Made by a program: the position numbers and the translations under genes. The notes below the pieces were generated by a model. That model had not been told where the DNA came from and ran no database searches. It saw only the letters and a program-made list of their open reading frames with translations. 64,000 nt of DNA from a virus, in the UHGV virus genome UHGV-0305822; one strand, written 5' to 3'. Below are positions 9,139 through 18,274 of the stretch, in pieces (within the stretch, counting starts at the first letter, position 1; every line of letters begins with the position of its first letter).

Positions 9139-9267
9139 ATGACCACGATAAACGCTACGAATGTAGCGATATCCGCACTATACGACGCGGAACTTTCATG
9201 GGGTGGATTAATGATCACCACAGCCATATTAGCCGCTGCGGCTTTCGTCATCGCGCGTTGGTTTTAA
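9139..9267 (+). CDS. small membrane peptide (42 aa), putative
   Basis: SD caggagcag then ATG; C-terminal hydrophobic helix LMITTAILAAAAFVIARWF; preferred over the overlapping 9063..9317 track ORF. Confidence 0.3.
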   Translation: MTTINATNVAISALYDAELSWGGLMITTAILAAAAFVIARWF

Positions 9268-9298
9268 TTTTACTTTTTTGCGTCTCTAAGGTTTGCAA

Positions 9299-9742
9299 AT
9301 GGAAATTTATTTGTTGAACGCATCTTCTAAAGTCGGTGAACGACAAGCTGCCGATTTACTCAAACTACACTACCGTTACTTGGACCACCAGGCTACATTA
9401 CTGAAAATCAAAACGTCGGTGCCGAAGTTAAATGCGCGACAGCTGATCGAAGGTAACTGCATAGTTCTGGTGTATCAGGATGATGTCGCGGTAGGATACT
9501 GTAGTTATCGGAATCGTAACGGTTCACTTAAGATACGTTCGGTATACGTGCTCCCAGACTATCGTCAACGGGGTGTAATGAAAGAGATTTTCAAAGCAAT
9601 TGCAGCTGATGAAGTTTTCGGCGAGATTGTTACTGGCATGTATGCGAAATGTAAAGAAGCAAAAGAGTATTTCATCCGACGCGGCTATCAAGCGGTTTAC
9701 TCACACGATCGTGAGTGGGTCGATTTTAGCAAAACATTCTAA
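9299..9742 (+). CDS. GNAT-family N-acetyltransferase
   Basis: GNAT motif-A-like segment VYVLPDYRQRGVMKEIFKAI; typical size of about 147 aa. Confidence 0.55.
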   Translation: MEIYLLNASSKVGERQAADLLKLHYRYLDHQATLLKIKTSVPKLNARQLIEGNCIVLVYQDDVAVGYCSYRNRNGSLKIRSVYVLPDYRQRGVMKEIFKAIAADEVFGEIVTGMYAKCKEAKEYFIRRGYQAVYSHDREWVDFSKTF

Positions 9743-9808
9743 AAACAATAAAGCTCTCTTGGCGTACCTCACTATGAGTGTGAGAAATTTACGTCAGGAG
9801 AGCTAATT

Positions 9809-10054
9809 ATGTTAAAATCGTACGGAGTGGGTGGTTTGGATACGAGTATTTGTTGGAAAGAATACGAACGTGCGAAAGCGTTCTTACAGCATCCCAATGT
9901 GGGGACGATAGGTAAGGTCTGTTTCGGCAAACCTTCACTGACGGCTTGTATCCAAGGGGCTTTAGGGACGTTGCCACCCGAATCACATTTCGAGCCTGAG
10001 GAGAATATGAATGTTCACAGAGAACCCATCAATTTACGGCATACCGTTGAATGA
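9809..10054 (+). CDS. hypothetical protein
   Basis: 81-aa ORF; SD caggagagc. Confidence 0.45.
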   Translation: MLKSYGVGGLDTSICWKEYERAKAFLQHPNVGTIGKVCFGKPSLTACIQGALGTLPPESHFEPEENMNVHREPINLRHTVE

Positions 10055-10379
10055 AATTGATATTCTGCAAATTTGTTATCAATGTGGTGACTTCGGTAAG
10101 ACGCAGGTAACGCCGTTAGTTAAGCTTTTAGGTTACTTGCCTGAAATCGAGTTGCCTTTTGTTAAACCCAGTTTAGTTCGTCGCGCATCGTGTCGTGAAG
10201 CTTATTTGCTCTGGAAACACAATATTTCAGTAGAGAATGTCTGGGACCGTATGAACGATCATCAGTTCCGTGAGCAGGTCGTCCACACGCTTAACTTGTC
10301 ACTGACTATGCAGCGCCTGGGCTTACAACACGAAGGTTTAGAAGCGGCGGTCAAGCAATGGATTACGAAAAATCGATAA
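10011..10379 (+). CDS. hypothetical protein
   Basis: 122-aa ORF; SD gaggag; overlaps the 3' end of the previous ORF in another frame. Confidence 0.5.
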   Translation: MFTENPSIYGIPLNEIDILQICYQCGDFGKTQVTPLVKLLGYLPEIELPFVKPSLVRRASCREAYLLWKHNISVENVWDRMNDHQFREQVVHTLNLSLTMQRLGLQHEGLEAAVKQWITKNR

Positions 10380-10403
10380 TGGGTAAAACATATATCGCTA
10401 TAC

Positions 10404-10964
10404 TTGTCGAGCTATCAATCGGCGGTACACGTTTTAATACTACACATCAACTCCGGGCGTTTCGTTATGTTAACGGTACGTAAAGAATCTGAAATTGGTA
10501 ACGATCTTTTTAATGCGCCCGAAGACTATAAAGTCGTTACCATTAACTGCGTAGGAGCGATGGGTCGCGGTATTGCACTCGCGTGTCGTGAACGCTACCC
10601 CAACCTTTATCAGGATTATCGTAAGCGGTGTCGTGAAGACGAAATTAAGATTGGAAGCGTTTACGTTTACTCTGACGAAAAGTGTATCTTGCTCCCCACG
10701 AAAACACATTGGCGTTTAAAATCCCAGGTTTCTTATGTTACTGCGGGCATTACCGCATTAGCAGACTGTGTTGAGGATCTGGATACCAGCGTTGCTATCC
10801 CTCCGTTGGGAATGGCAAATGGGTGGTTAGATTCCTGGGAAAGACAAGAAATCTTTTTGTGGCTTTACAAAAAACTTGAACCGAGGAGGCAGCGCTACAC
10901 GTTATACTTACCTGATAAGCTGTACCAAGAAGCAGAGTCATTAATTCCAAACTCTTTTAAATAG
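10404..10964 (+). CDS. macro-domain-like protein (possible ADP-ribose binding or processing); start uncertain (TTG 10404 or ATG 10467)
   Basis: segment VVTINCVGAMGRGIALACRERYP resembles the macro-domain loop N-x(6)-GGGV-x(2)-AI; later VAIPPLGMANGW resembles the second macro Gly loop; by-eye comparison only. Confidence 0.35.
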   Translation: MSSYQSAVHVLILHINSGRFVMLTVRKESEIGNDLFNAPEDYKVVTINCVGAMGRGIALACRERYPNLYQDYRKRCREDEIKIGSVYVYSDEKCILLPTKTHWRLKSQVSYVTAGITALADCVEDLDTSVAIPPLGMANGWLDSWERQEIFLWLYKKLEPRRQRYTLYLPDKLYQEAESLIPNSFK

Positions 10965-10984
10965 ATATTATCATTAGGGCACAC
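10961..10984 (+). promoter_or_regulatory. candidate phage promoter element, copy D (ATAGATATTATCATTAGGGCACAC)
   Basis: related to the AGATAtATATTAcC element; upstream of the SLT gene. Confidence 0.3.
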
Positions 10985-11064
10985 AACAAAGGAGTATTAG
11001 CTGTCCGCGCCGTCATTTCGTCTTACGGAATACGGAAATGTATAAATCCAACTGGAGAAACAAA

Positions 11065-11763
11065 ATGTTTCGTATCTTCTTTCTTTTACTGGTAACACTT
11101 TTCGCGTTTAACGCACAGGCGTCAACGTCAACGCCACATTCTAAGCATCAGCGTGAGTTTGCACAAATCCAACATCGGTTCGAAAAAGTCAGCCCGTTAA
11201 TTGTGGAAATCTCACGAAAGCAGGGCGTTGATCCCAAGCTGATGATTACGCTGATTTATCGTGAATCGCGTTTTGATCCCAAGGCTTACAACAAAAGCTC
11301 ACGAGCGCACAGCCTGGTACAAATGCTTCCAAGTACCAAGCGTAATCTGCTAAAGCTTTATGGAAAAGAATTAGGTCTTAGTCAGAACGCCGATTTGTAT
11401 AATCCGCGTAACGCTGTTTTGCTGGCTACCGCGTATGTTAAACATCTTGAGAAGGGGTTAACCAAACGACTCAAACGCAAGCCCACCATGGCTGAAATTG
11501 CGTTAGCTTACCACTGGGGTGAAAGTGGCGCTCACACGCGAATCAAAAGCAAATCTCGAGCAGCACAACGAGAAATGGCAGGCTTTATGAAAGACGCCGC
11601 GTTCTATAGCGCGAAAATCGATGTGCCTGTTGTTGTGGGCTCGGCCCCACGTCAGCTTGCGTTTGCGAAGAAAACACCACGTCAGATTCAACTGGCGGAA
11701 GTTAGTAGAATTTGGGATACGATAAACATGAGTTTTCCAATCAATAGAGGAGTTACCCTTTGA
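11065..11763 (+). CDS. secreted soluble lytic transglycosylase (SLT domain)
   Basis: signal-like MFRIFFLLLVTLFAFNAQA; SLT motifs ...LIYRESRFDPKAYNKSSRAHSLVQMLPST...; ATG 11065 after ggagaaac (the track ORF starts at 11038). Confidence 0.7.
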   Translation: MFRIFFLLLVTLFAFNAQASTSTPHSKHQREFAQIQHRFEKVSPLIVEISRKQGVDPKLMITLIYRESRFDPKAYNKSSRAHSLVQMLPSTKRNLLKLYGKELGLSQNADLYNPRNAVLLATAYVKHLEKGLTKRLKRKPTMAEIALAYHWGESGAHTRIKSKSRAAQREMAGFMKDAAFYSAKIDVPVVVGSAPRQLAFAKKTPRQIQLAEVSRIWDTINMSFPINRGVTL

Positions 11764-12269
11764 GCATCGTAGTAACCGATTGGTATAAAGGCATTACAAA
11801 AGCCGCACAATTGACCGCGAAAGACGTTTACAGTATCGTCCGAAGCAGTATCGAAGACGAGATTAAGTCGGATGAAGAATTCGCAGAGAAACACGAATTT
11901 TACGATGCTTTACCCACAGCATTCGGTGACGACGAAGAAGAAGGTTTAGAGTTTGACTGGAACGTCAACCTTGCCTTGTTGTGGATTTGTGGTTTACGAC
12001 CAACGGTAAAAGAAACCGAAGAAGGGAAAGTCTTGCTTTGGAATTTTACCGGGCAGTATAACCGTAATTTAGTCTTTAAACAGGCGTATATGGACGCTAC
12101 TGTAGAACTTCAAAATCTACTGCTTGGCGAAAACACATACTGCCAACGCAGTTTCTTAACGATTCTGGAAAAACTTGTGTCGACACACAAAGTCTGGCGT
12201 AAAGAAGACGCCCCGGAACATATGTTCATTTTAGAGTACGCTGTCATTCCAAATCAGCCGTTCTTCTAA
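11760..12269 (+). CDS. hypothetical protein
   Basis: 169-aa ORF, TTG start overlapping the upstream stop; SD gaggag. Confidence 0.5.
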   Translation: MSIVVTDWYKGITKAAQLTAKDVYSIVRSSIEDEIKSDEEFAEKHEFYDALPTAFGDDEEEGLEFDWNVNLALLWICGLRPTVKETEEGKVLLWNFTGQYNRNLVFKQAYMDATVELQNLLLGENTYCQRSFLTILEKLVSTHKVWRKEDAPEHMFILEYAVIPNQPFF

Positions 12270-12273
12270 CCTC

Positions 12274-12314
12274 TACCCCTTACCCTATACGGAGTAAGGG
12301 GTACTTTTATTTTC
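12274..12314 (+). terminator. intrinsic terminator
   Basis: ccccttac...gtaagggg hairpin followed by tacttttatttt. Confidence 0.55.
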
Positions 12315-12335
12315 ATTCCCTAAAGGAGCAGAGTT

Positions 12336-12815
12336 ATGATAAAATTCATTTGGCGTTATCCAACGCGTTTTTGGTTTGTGGTACTTGAACTGTGTATGGT
12401 TCTTGTAGCGGTTACTTTTGTCGAAGCACCCGCCTCGCAGTTGGCCATTTTCTGCCTTTTCGTGACTGTCCCTGTATGGGTGATTGCGAAGGTTATTAAG
12501 TTCGTCATGGTGTGTTGGGCGAATTATACCTGTCCGTATAAGCCTAAACAAATCATGAAATGGCTGATGTATATTGAAGAACGTTTACCGGCGCAACATA
12601 AATTACTGGGCTGGTCGTCAATGTTGGATATTGCGCTAGAAACCAATGCAAAGTTCCCCGGTGCGAAAAACCCGTATTTGTTGATGGCGGTAATTGTTGC
12701 ACAACAAAAACTGGCAGGTGACCGTTGGTTGCCAGAAGAAGCGAAAGCGTATATCCGTAAACATCCAAAAGCTTTTTACTCGGTAGGACAATGGCGTAAC
12801 TTGCCTTTATTTTAA
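12336..12815 (+). CDS. integral membrane protein
   Basis: multiple hydrophobic segments (FWFVVLELCMVLVAVTF, LAIFCLFVTVPVWVIAKVI); SD taaaggagc. Confidence 0.65.
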   Translation: MIKFIWRYPTRFWFVVLELCMVLVAVTFVEAPASQLAIFCLFVTVPVWVIAKVIKFVMVCWANYTCPYKPKQIMKWLMYIEERLPAQHKLLGWSSMLDIALETNAKFPGAKNPYLLMAVIVAQQKLAGDRWLPEEAKAYIRKHPKAFYSVGQWRNLPLF

Positions 12816-12868
12816 CTTTTTACATAACCCTTAGTTGATTTGAACAAACCTAAAAGAGGACTATTAAA

Positions 12869-13804
12869 ATGACTTTTCCATCTGAAGTAATTTACGAACT
12901 GGCTAACACTCTACGTCGTCACTATAGCAGCAAAATGATGCAAACCCACGTGGGTGCGACTGCTGACTTTTTGCGCGGCCATTTCCTGGGCAATAACCCA
13001 CCGTCGATTACACAGGAAACGGTTTTCTCTATCGATCGTGCCTCCTTAATTCTTCCAATCGACCACGCCATTGCGGTTCAAGAAGGGAATACGTTCAACT
13101 TCTCTATGGGAATGCGACATTCGTCTAATGTCGTTAACTCAAGCATGGGAAATGACCCGTCTTTCGCACACAACACGCACTCTGTAGAACATGGTAACTG
13201 GTTCGTTGCTGTAGAACAAGGCGTGAATCAGTATGACGTTGTTGCAGCTCGCGATGAGTCTTTCTTTGAGCTGGGACAGATTTCTCGCCGTCGTGAAATT
13301 GCGCTTGACCTACGTCAAGGTAATATCGGATTAAGTGGGACCAGTGTTTATTTCATCCTGAGCAGTTGGGCACATGTAAGTTACGTGCTGAAAAATGCCA
13401 GCCCGACGTTCCACGCAACGATGGTAGAATTTCGTAGCCTTGATGTAGGAAATCATGACGAAGAAGAAACGGTACCTAGCACAGAAGTCGCCGTCTGTGA
13501 AGACTACGATGATCTGAAATCTGTACTCGTTAAGCGTGATGTTTTCGAATCGTTAAACCTGGATTTCCCCGGTGACGAAAATGAAATATCCGTAGCTGAT
13601 CTGGTAGAAGCGTTGTGTCAGAAAGACCAAGCTAATGAGATCAGTGACGAAGAAGCAGAACTCTTCCAAGTTCAACAACTCGTCAGCAAGGTTATCGGTG
13701 GACAGGGAATCGTTGACACTCTTATGGCTCTACCGCCGAAGAAACGTACTCAGAAGTACATTCGTGAACTGGTTCTTGAAAACCTTGGTCAAACCAAAAA
13801 GTAA
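12869..13804 (+). CDS. hypothetical protein
   Basis: 311-aa ORF; SD aaagagga. Confidence 0.65.
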   Translation: MTFPSEVIYELANTLRRHYSSKMMQTHVGATADFLRGHFLGNNPPSITQETVFSIDRASLILPIDHAIAVQEGNTFNFSMGMRHSSNVVNSSMGNDPSFAHNTHSVEHGNWFVAVEQGVNQYDVVAARDESFFELGQISRRREIALDLRQGNIGLSGTSVYFILSSWAHVSYVLKNASPTFHATMVEFRSLDVGNHDEEETVPSTEVAVCEDYDDLKSVLVKRDVFESLNLDFPGDENEISVADLVEALCQKDQANEISDEEAELFQVQQLVSKVIGGQGIVDTLMALPPKKRTQKYIRELVLENLGQTKK

Positions 13805-13810
13805 TTTAAA

Positions 13811-13846
13811 TCCCCTACTCCTCCGGGAGTAGGGTTAATTCTTTTT
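13811..13846 (+). terminator. intrinsic terminator
   Basis: cccctactcctccgggagtaggg hairpin followed by a T-run. Confidence 0.65.
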
Positions 13847-13865
13847 CCACCTTAGGAGTATTAAA

Positions 13866-14417
13866 ATGTTTCCATCGTCTGAATATTTAACTCATCTGGC
13901 TTACGGTATTCGCCGTGGTTCTGTTTTCCGCACACGTTTAAAGGATATAAATTTCCTGGCTAATTTCTTATTTGATCGTTTGTGGGATGGCGATAGTGTT
14001 TACAAAAAGATCACCGTAACACAACTTTATTCCCTTATAGCAGCATCTGAAATTGTGCCTACTGATATTCGTCGATTTAAACGACAGCATAACGGGGAGG
14101 TTACAATCAGCTTTCTTGATCGTTCTCCTATTACCGTTGAAATCGACGATCGTATTGACGCTAATAGTGAAATGTCTGGTTGGAAGATTCTGTTTGATTG
14201 TGGCAATCGTTATGCGGTACTTGGTTCCTCTGATGAGCGCGACTTCCCTTTCGACAAACCTTACTACTACCTCAGTGAAGATGATTTCCCGGATAAAGAA
14301 TCTAACATCTTTTTAAACGGAGACACAGTTTACTTCATTTTTCGTACCTGGAACGATGTTGCTGCTATGATTGCTCAAGGCGTCATCGATTACCGTAAAC
14401 TAGAAGTCGACATTTAA
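13866..14417 (+). CDS. hypothetical protein
   Basis: 183-aa ORF; SD ttaggagtattaaaATG. Confidence 0.65.
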   Translation: MFPSSEYLTHLAYGIRRGSVFRTRLKDINFLANFLFDRLWDGDSVYKKITVTQLYSLIAASEIVPTDIRRFKRQHNGEVTISFLDRSPITVEIDDRIDANSEMSGWKILFDCGNRYAVLGSSDERDFPFDKPYYYLSEDDFPDKESNIFLNGDTVYFIFRTWNDVAAMIAQGVIDYRKLEVDI

Positions 14418-14428
14418 AATAAAAGCTA

Positions 14429-14460
14429 CCCTACTCCTTCGGGAGTAGGGTAATCTTTTT
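14429..14460. terminator. bidirectional intrinsic terminator between convergent genes
   Basis: ccctactccttcgggagtaggg hairpin flanked by an A-run upstream and a T-run downstream. Confidence 0.6.
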
Positions 14461-15082
14461 AGTTAACTAACCCGTTAGCTTTAAGAATCTCTAACATTTG
14501 GTTGTTTAACTCTTTTAATTTTTTGTTCTCTTCTGTCAACGCAGCAACTTTCTCACCTAATGGAATAGATTCACGAATTTTATTTTTTCGTGCCGCTTCC
14601 ATCTGCAAGTGTTGTTCCTCCGTTACCTTCCCTTCATACTCGAGCGTTGTAATTTCAACTTTCGGCTCAATCCCTAGTGTATGCGTGAGAATATCTGAAA
14701 CGTCTTTTGTTATAGACGACACTTTCACGTAATCCGGTACCAGTGCCAAATCTACCACTAACACATTTCGTTGATACGTGATCCCGGATAAACCTGGGTA
14801 TGATTCCAGATAGGTGTCAGGTATGTATACAACTTGACCGTCCCGAGATTTAAATGTCAGAATAGACGCACTAACATTCGCATCTGCTAAATATTCTTCA
14901 CGTCCTAGCCCTACTGGCTGGTAATACGAGTTATAAACGTCAATATTCTGACGTACTAAATCTGGGAAGGTACGTGACGCTTCTACCGTATAAATGACCG
15001 TCTCGGCTAAAGTAAATGGTGTTTTTACTTTAAACAGTCCCGTGGTGTTGACCGGTACCTGGAGTGGTAAACGCGTAGCCAT
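14459..15082 (-). CDS. hypothetical protein (C-terminal coiled-coil-like segment)
   Basis: 207-aa minus-strand ORF separated by 3 nt from the upstream minus gene. Confidence 0.6.
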   Translation of the reverse strand: MATRLPLQVPVNTTGLFKVKTPFTLAETVIYTVEASRTFPDLVRQNIDVYNSYYQPVGLGREEYLADANVSASILTFKSRDGQVVYIPDTYLESYPGLSGITYQRNVLVVDLALVPDYVKVSSITKDVSDILTHTLGIEPKVEITTLEYEGKVTEEQHLQMEAARKNKIRESIPLGEKVAALTEENKKLKELNNQMLEILKANGLVN

Positions 15083-15085
15083 TCA

Positions 15086-16459
15086 TTACTCCTCGTCTAA
15101 CTCGGTGTACCATTTCGCTTTCCGAGACAGGATACGATATTCTACGTTGTCGTATTCAAACACCCAGAAGTAGTTATCAGGGTCGGCCTCATCGACCAGT
15201 TTTACAACATCTAAGCTGGTTTGATACGGGTGGTATTCTTCCGCAGCAATAAGTGCCTGGAAGAATAACGCCAACCATTCGGTCGTTGTTTTCGACATAC
15301 GCGCAATATCAGGGTTAGTCGTCGCAATTAACGCATAATCCGGGATAGTTTCGTGTAAGGTCGCTTTCCGTGTATCGTTTTCCGGCCCACTGATTACAAC
15401 ACAGTTTAATGATTTATAAACTGTTGGTAAGTCAGTTACGTCTGTTGTAGGTTTACTGATCGTTTTAGTATTTCTTTCTGCTACCGTCTGGTCTGCCCAT
15501 TCTCCAAACCGACTGATAGCTTTGACCCAGAAATCATATGGAAGGATGGGGGAATAAAGCGCCGCCACATCTTCCTCATTGGGTATCCCACGAATTTTCC
15601 ATCCAGGGACAATTGTAAATTTCGTGGTAGTGAAAATTTCGGGAAATACTTTTACCCCGATAGGGACAGTAAAGCTAGAATTAGCGAGAATATGTTCTCG
15701 CAACGCTTGCTTTATTTTCGTTGGGTTTTTTCCCGCACGTCCGTAGATAATAACCGACATTGGGACAACTAGGGTAGACTCGTAGTTTTCTTGATCGTGC
15801 CAAGTATAGTAGTTGGTTTGGATGGCGGTATAAGGAAACCCTGCCATTAACTCATTGATTTTCTTATGGTGTTCGGTAAGGTTAAACCCTTCCATCGCCT
15901 TTTCAACGACTGACTTGGTCGACAAAAATGTGTCGATTGGTGAAATCGGCATCTGTACTTCGATTTCGAACCCTGTGTAATCTTGATCGAAGTCTTCATC
16001 CGAGAACCAAACAATGATCTGATTATCTACATCAGTGTCATCTTGTACTTGATCTGCCGTTACTTCATATTTCCAGCTCACCCAACGTGGGAACCAGTTA
16101 CTGTTCGTCTGTATCATCGCACCAGACTGAACACCAGAAATGGTTGATTGGAATTGGCCTAATAACAGGCGCTGGAATTCGAGTTCGTCATTTCTCAGAT
16201 TCCCCAAGATGGCTTGCTGGTAAATCCATTGAGAAACGGTTAGAATATGATCAGAAAATTCGGCTGGTACAACAACCGTCTGTTTTTCTCGTTTAGACGT
16301 AAAAGTCACCAATTGAACTTGCAAATTGGTTTTAGTAAACGTCTGTTTACTCTTCGCGTACGAGAGTGTCAAATCCGACAGCTCGCCCACCGGAGCGGTG
16401 ACGCCGTCCTGATTGTCAAACAGTGCCGGTATCTGAATAAAACCTTGTAAGTCTAACAT
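15086..16459 (-). CDS. hypothetical protein
   Basis: 457-aa minus-strand ORF; SD ggagtattttt before ATG on the minus strand. Confidence 0.65.
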   Translation of the reverse strand: MLDLQGFIQIPALFDNQDGVTAPVGELSDLTLSYAKSKQTFTKTNLQVQLVTFTSKREKQTVVVPAEFSDHILTVSQWIYQQAILGNLRNDELEFQRLLLGQFQSTISGVQSGAMIQTNSNWFPRWVSWKYEVTADQVQDDTDVDNQIIVWFSDEDFDQDYTGFEIEVQMPISPIDTFLSTKSVVEKAMEGFNLTEHHKKINELMAGFPYTAIQTNYYTWHDQENYESTLVVPMSVIIYGRAGKNPTKIKQALREHILANSSFTVPIGVKVFPEIFTTTKFTIVPGWKIRGIPNEEDVAALYSPILPYDFWVKAISRFGEWADQTVAERNTKTISKPTTDVTDLPTVYKSLNCVVISGPENDTRKATLHETIPDYALIATTNPDIARMSKTTTEWLALFFQALIAAEEYHPYQTSLDVVKLVDEADPDNYFWVFEYDNVEYRILSRKAKWYTELDEE

Positions 16460-16484
16460 AATTAAAAATACTCCGAGGTGAGCA

Positions 16485-16988
16485 ATGGGTTCATTTTTTA
16501 AAGTGCTTCCGTTCTTCCTTCAGATGTTAATGGAAGCATTTAAACCAGGAGAAGGAGAAAACGTATCAAGAGCAAGCAAGATAATGACTTTAATCATCAC
16601 GATCTTGTTGTCGTATTCTGGCTTCGTCTCCTACGCCTATGTACAACAGTTTCACGCGCTCGTTGCAGTGCAGTCTCATGACACTTATATGTCGCAGTCT
16701 TACCAAGAGATGAAACAAGATCGAGATAAACTAAAAGAAGATAATGGGAAGTTATACGACAGGCTCTTCGTTTGCCTCGGCCAGAAACCGCCATATGAAA
16801 GCACGTTTAATTCATCGAAAGCGAGCGGTACGGCGAAGGATCTGTCTTCGACAAAACCAGAAACTCCTGTTAATCCAGCTTCAACACCAGAACAACGTAA
16901 AGAGGCTTCGGCGAGACCTGTTGGCAATTTAAATGCGAACAGCTTTCGACAGGAGATCATAAAGACGCTAACGTCTTCTAAGGAGTGA
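16485..16988 (+). CDS. membrane protein (N-terminal transmembrane helix)
   Basis: hydrophobic segment IMTLIITILLSYSGFVSYAYV; SD gaggtgagc. Confidence 0.55.
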   Translation: MGSFFKVLPFFLQMLMEAFKPGEGENVSRASKIMTLIITILLSYSGFVSYAYVQQFHALVAVQSHDTYMSQSYQEMKQDRDKLKEDNGKLYDRLFVCLGQKPPYESTFNSSKASGTAKDLSSTKPETPVNPASTPEQRKEASARPVGNLNANSFRQEIIKTLTSSKE

Positions 16989-17447
16989 TTGATGAAAATG
17001 CTGTTATTCATCATGATGGTGTTCGTGGGGTTGGTGAGTAATAGCTACGGCGACGAAGTTAAACGTCCAGCTTATAGGCCACTGGAACTTCCTCCTACAC
17101 CGCCAATAATGGTGAATTGGAAAATTGACAATAACGCAATGCGTGAGTATGTTGCGGACGTCAACACCTATGCTTACTACGTTTATGTCTACACCCGAAA
17201 TTTAAACCAACAAGCCGTTAAACGTGGCTGGAGCCCACCAATGCTGGCTCCACTTTGTGAGCGTTATGAGTTACCGAAGTTACATGTTGTACCCGAACGC
17301 TTATCTCTTGACGAAAGCTCTTTAACGCCCCAGGAGATTAGCCGTGACCTATCGCGTAAACTCAATAATTTGTTGTGGAATTACCGTTCCGACCGTCAGA
17401 CACTACTCGATTCGTACAACCAATACTTGACATCGTGTTTGTACTGA
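16989..17447 (+). CDS. secreted protein (signal peptide)
   Basis: N-terminus MMKMLLFIMMVFVGLVSNSYG; SD aaggag. Confidence 0.55.
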   Translation: MMKMLLFIMMVFVGLVSNSYGDEVKRPAYRPLELPPTPPIMVNWKIDNNAMREYVADVNTYAYYVYVYTRNLNQQAVKRGWSPPMLAPLCERYELPKLHVVPERLSLDESSLTPQEISRDLSRKLNNLLWNYRSDRQTLLDSYNQYLTSCLY

Positions 17448-17450
17448 CAC

Positions 17451-17493
17451 CCCCTCCTGTACCCATTCGTGGTACAGGAGGGTCTTTCTTTTT
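17451..17493 (+). terminator. intrinsic terminator
   Basis: ccctcctgtacc...ggtacaggaggg hairpin followed by tctttcttttt. Confidence 0.65.
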
Positions 17494-17537
17494 AACGTTT
17501 GTAACTATTTTAATGTAGACTAACAGGAGAATTCAAC

Positions 17538-18272
17538 ATGACCTACCCAAAAATTGTCACCCCGTACACCCCGACGCTGGTTATTGGCGCTGATGCTGAA
17601 ACCAAATCATTACGTCCCGATGCTTATCTGTTAAGTGCGGGTTTAGTGGCTTTTGACGTCCCTACATTGAAAATGGTAGGTTCCTCATACATCAGGATCG
17701 ATCCTAACGATCCTAAAGCAAAAGCCATTTTCCACGAAGACCCACAAACCGTTGGTTGGTGGGAAGGTAAAGGCGAACCCGAATACGCACCGTCTCGTGA
17801 AGCCTATGCGGAAGCGTGGGGTGGGACGACAGCATTGCCAGACGCGCTCTGGGCGATGCAAAAATGGCTCGGGGAGATCACCGCAAAACATGAGTTTGTG
17901 ATTACCATGCGTGGCCCTGACTTCGATGCGCCGATTTTCATGAACGCATTCGCACAATGTGATATTCCGCCAGGGAAGTTCCGTAAATTCAGTGCACTGG
18001 ATAGCGATCGTACCGCAGAACGTTTAGCCTTTGCATTTGGGTTCGAGCCTGACCTAACCGTAGAGCAAATTTACTGGACACGCGGTAAGCCCGCTTTTGA
18101 GCACCACGCAATGTGGGATGCAGCAAAAGAAGCCTACACCACGGCACGTATTTACCACCTCGCTTTGGTCACTCGCCAATACGGGTTTGAACGCGCCAAA
18201 GCCTGTCACGAAGAACTGAAAACGGGCGAGTATGTTGCGCCGCAGATTCGTGATCAATTAACCAGGGATTAA
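17538..18272 (+). CDS. putative DEDDh-type 3'-5' exonuclease (DnaQ-like fold)
   Basis: Exo I-like LVIGADAETKS (DxE) and Exo III-like HHAMWDAAKEAY (H-x3-D); SD acaggag. Confidence 0.45.
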   Translation: MTYPKIVTPYTPTLVIGADAETKSLRPDAYLLSAGLVAFDVPTLKMVGSSYIRIDPNDPKAKAIFHEDPQTVGWWEGKGEPEYAPSREAYAEAWGGTTALPDALWAMQKWLGEITAKHEFVITMRGPDFDAPIFMNAFAQCDIPPGKFRKFSALDSDRTAERLAFAFGFEPDLTVEQIYWTRGKPAFEHHAMWDAAKEAYTTARIYHLALVTRQYGFERAKACHEELKTGEYVAPQIRDQLTRD

Positions 18273-18274
18273 GA

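Noticed and set aside
9063-9317. 84-aa plus-strand track ORF
   Set aside because: No SD before its ATG, and it spans a hairpin and the SD of the GNAT gene; the short SD-preceded membrane peptide ORF at 9139..9267 is preferred, though both are uncertain.
16485-17447. Spanin pair (i-spanin and o-spanin)
   Set aside because: The first ORF has an N-terminal TM helix like an i-spanin, but the second has a cleavable signal peptide without a lipobox Cys, so it does not fit an o-spanin.
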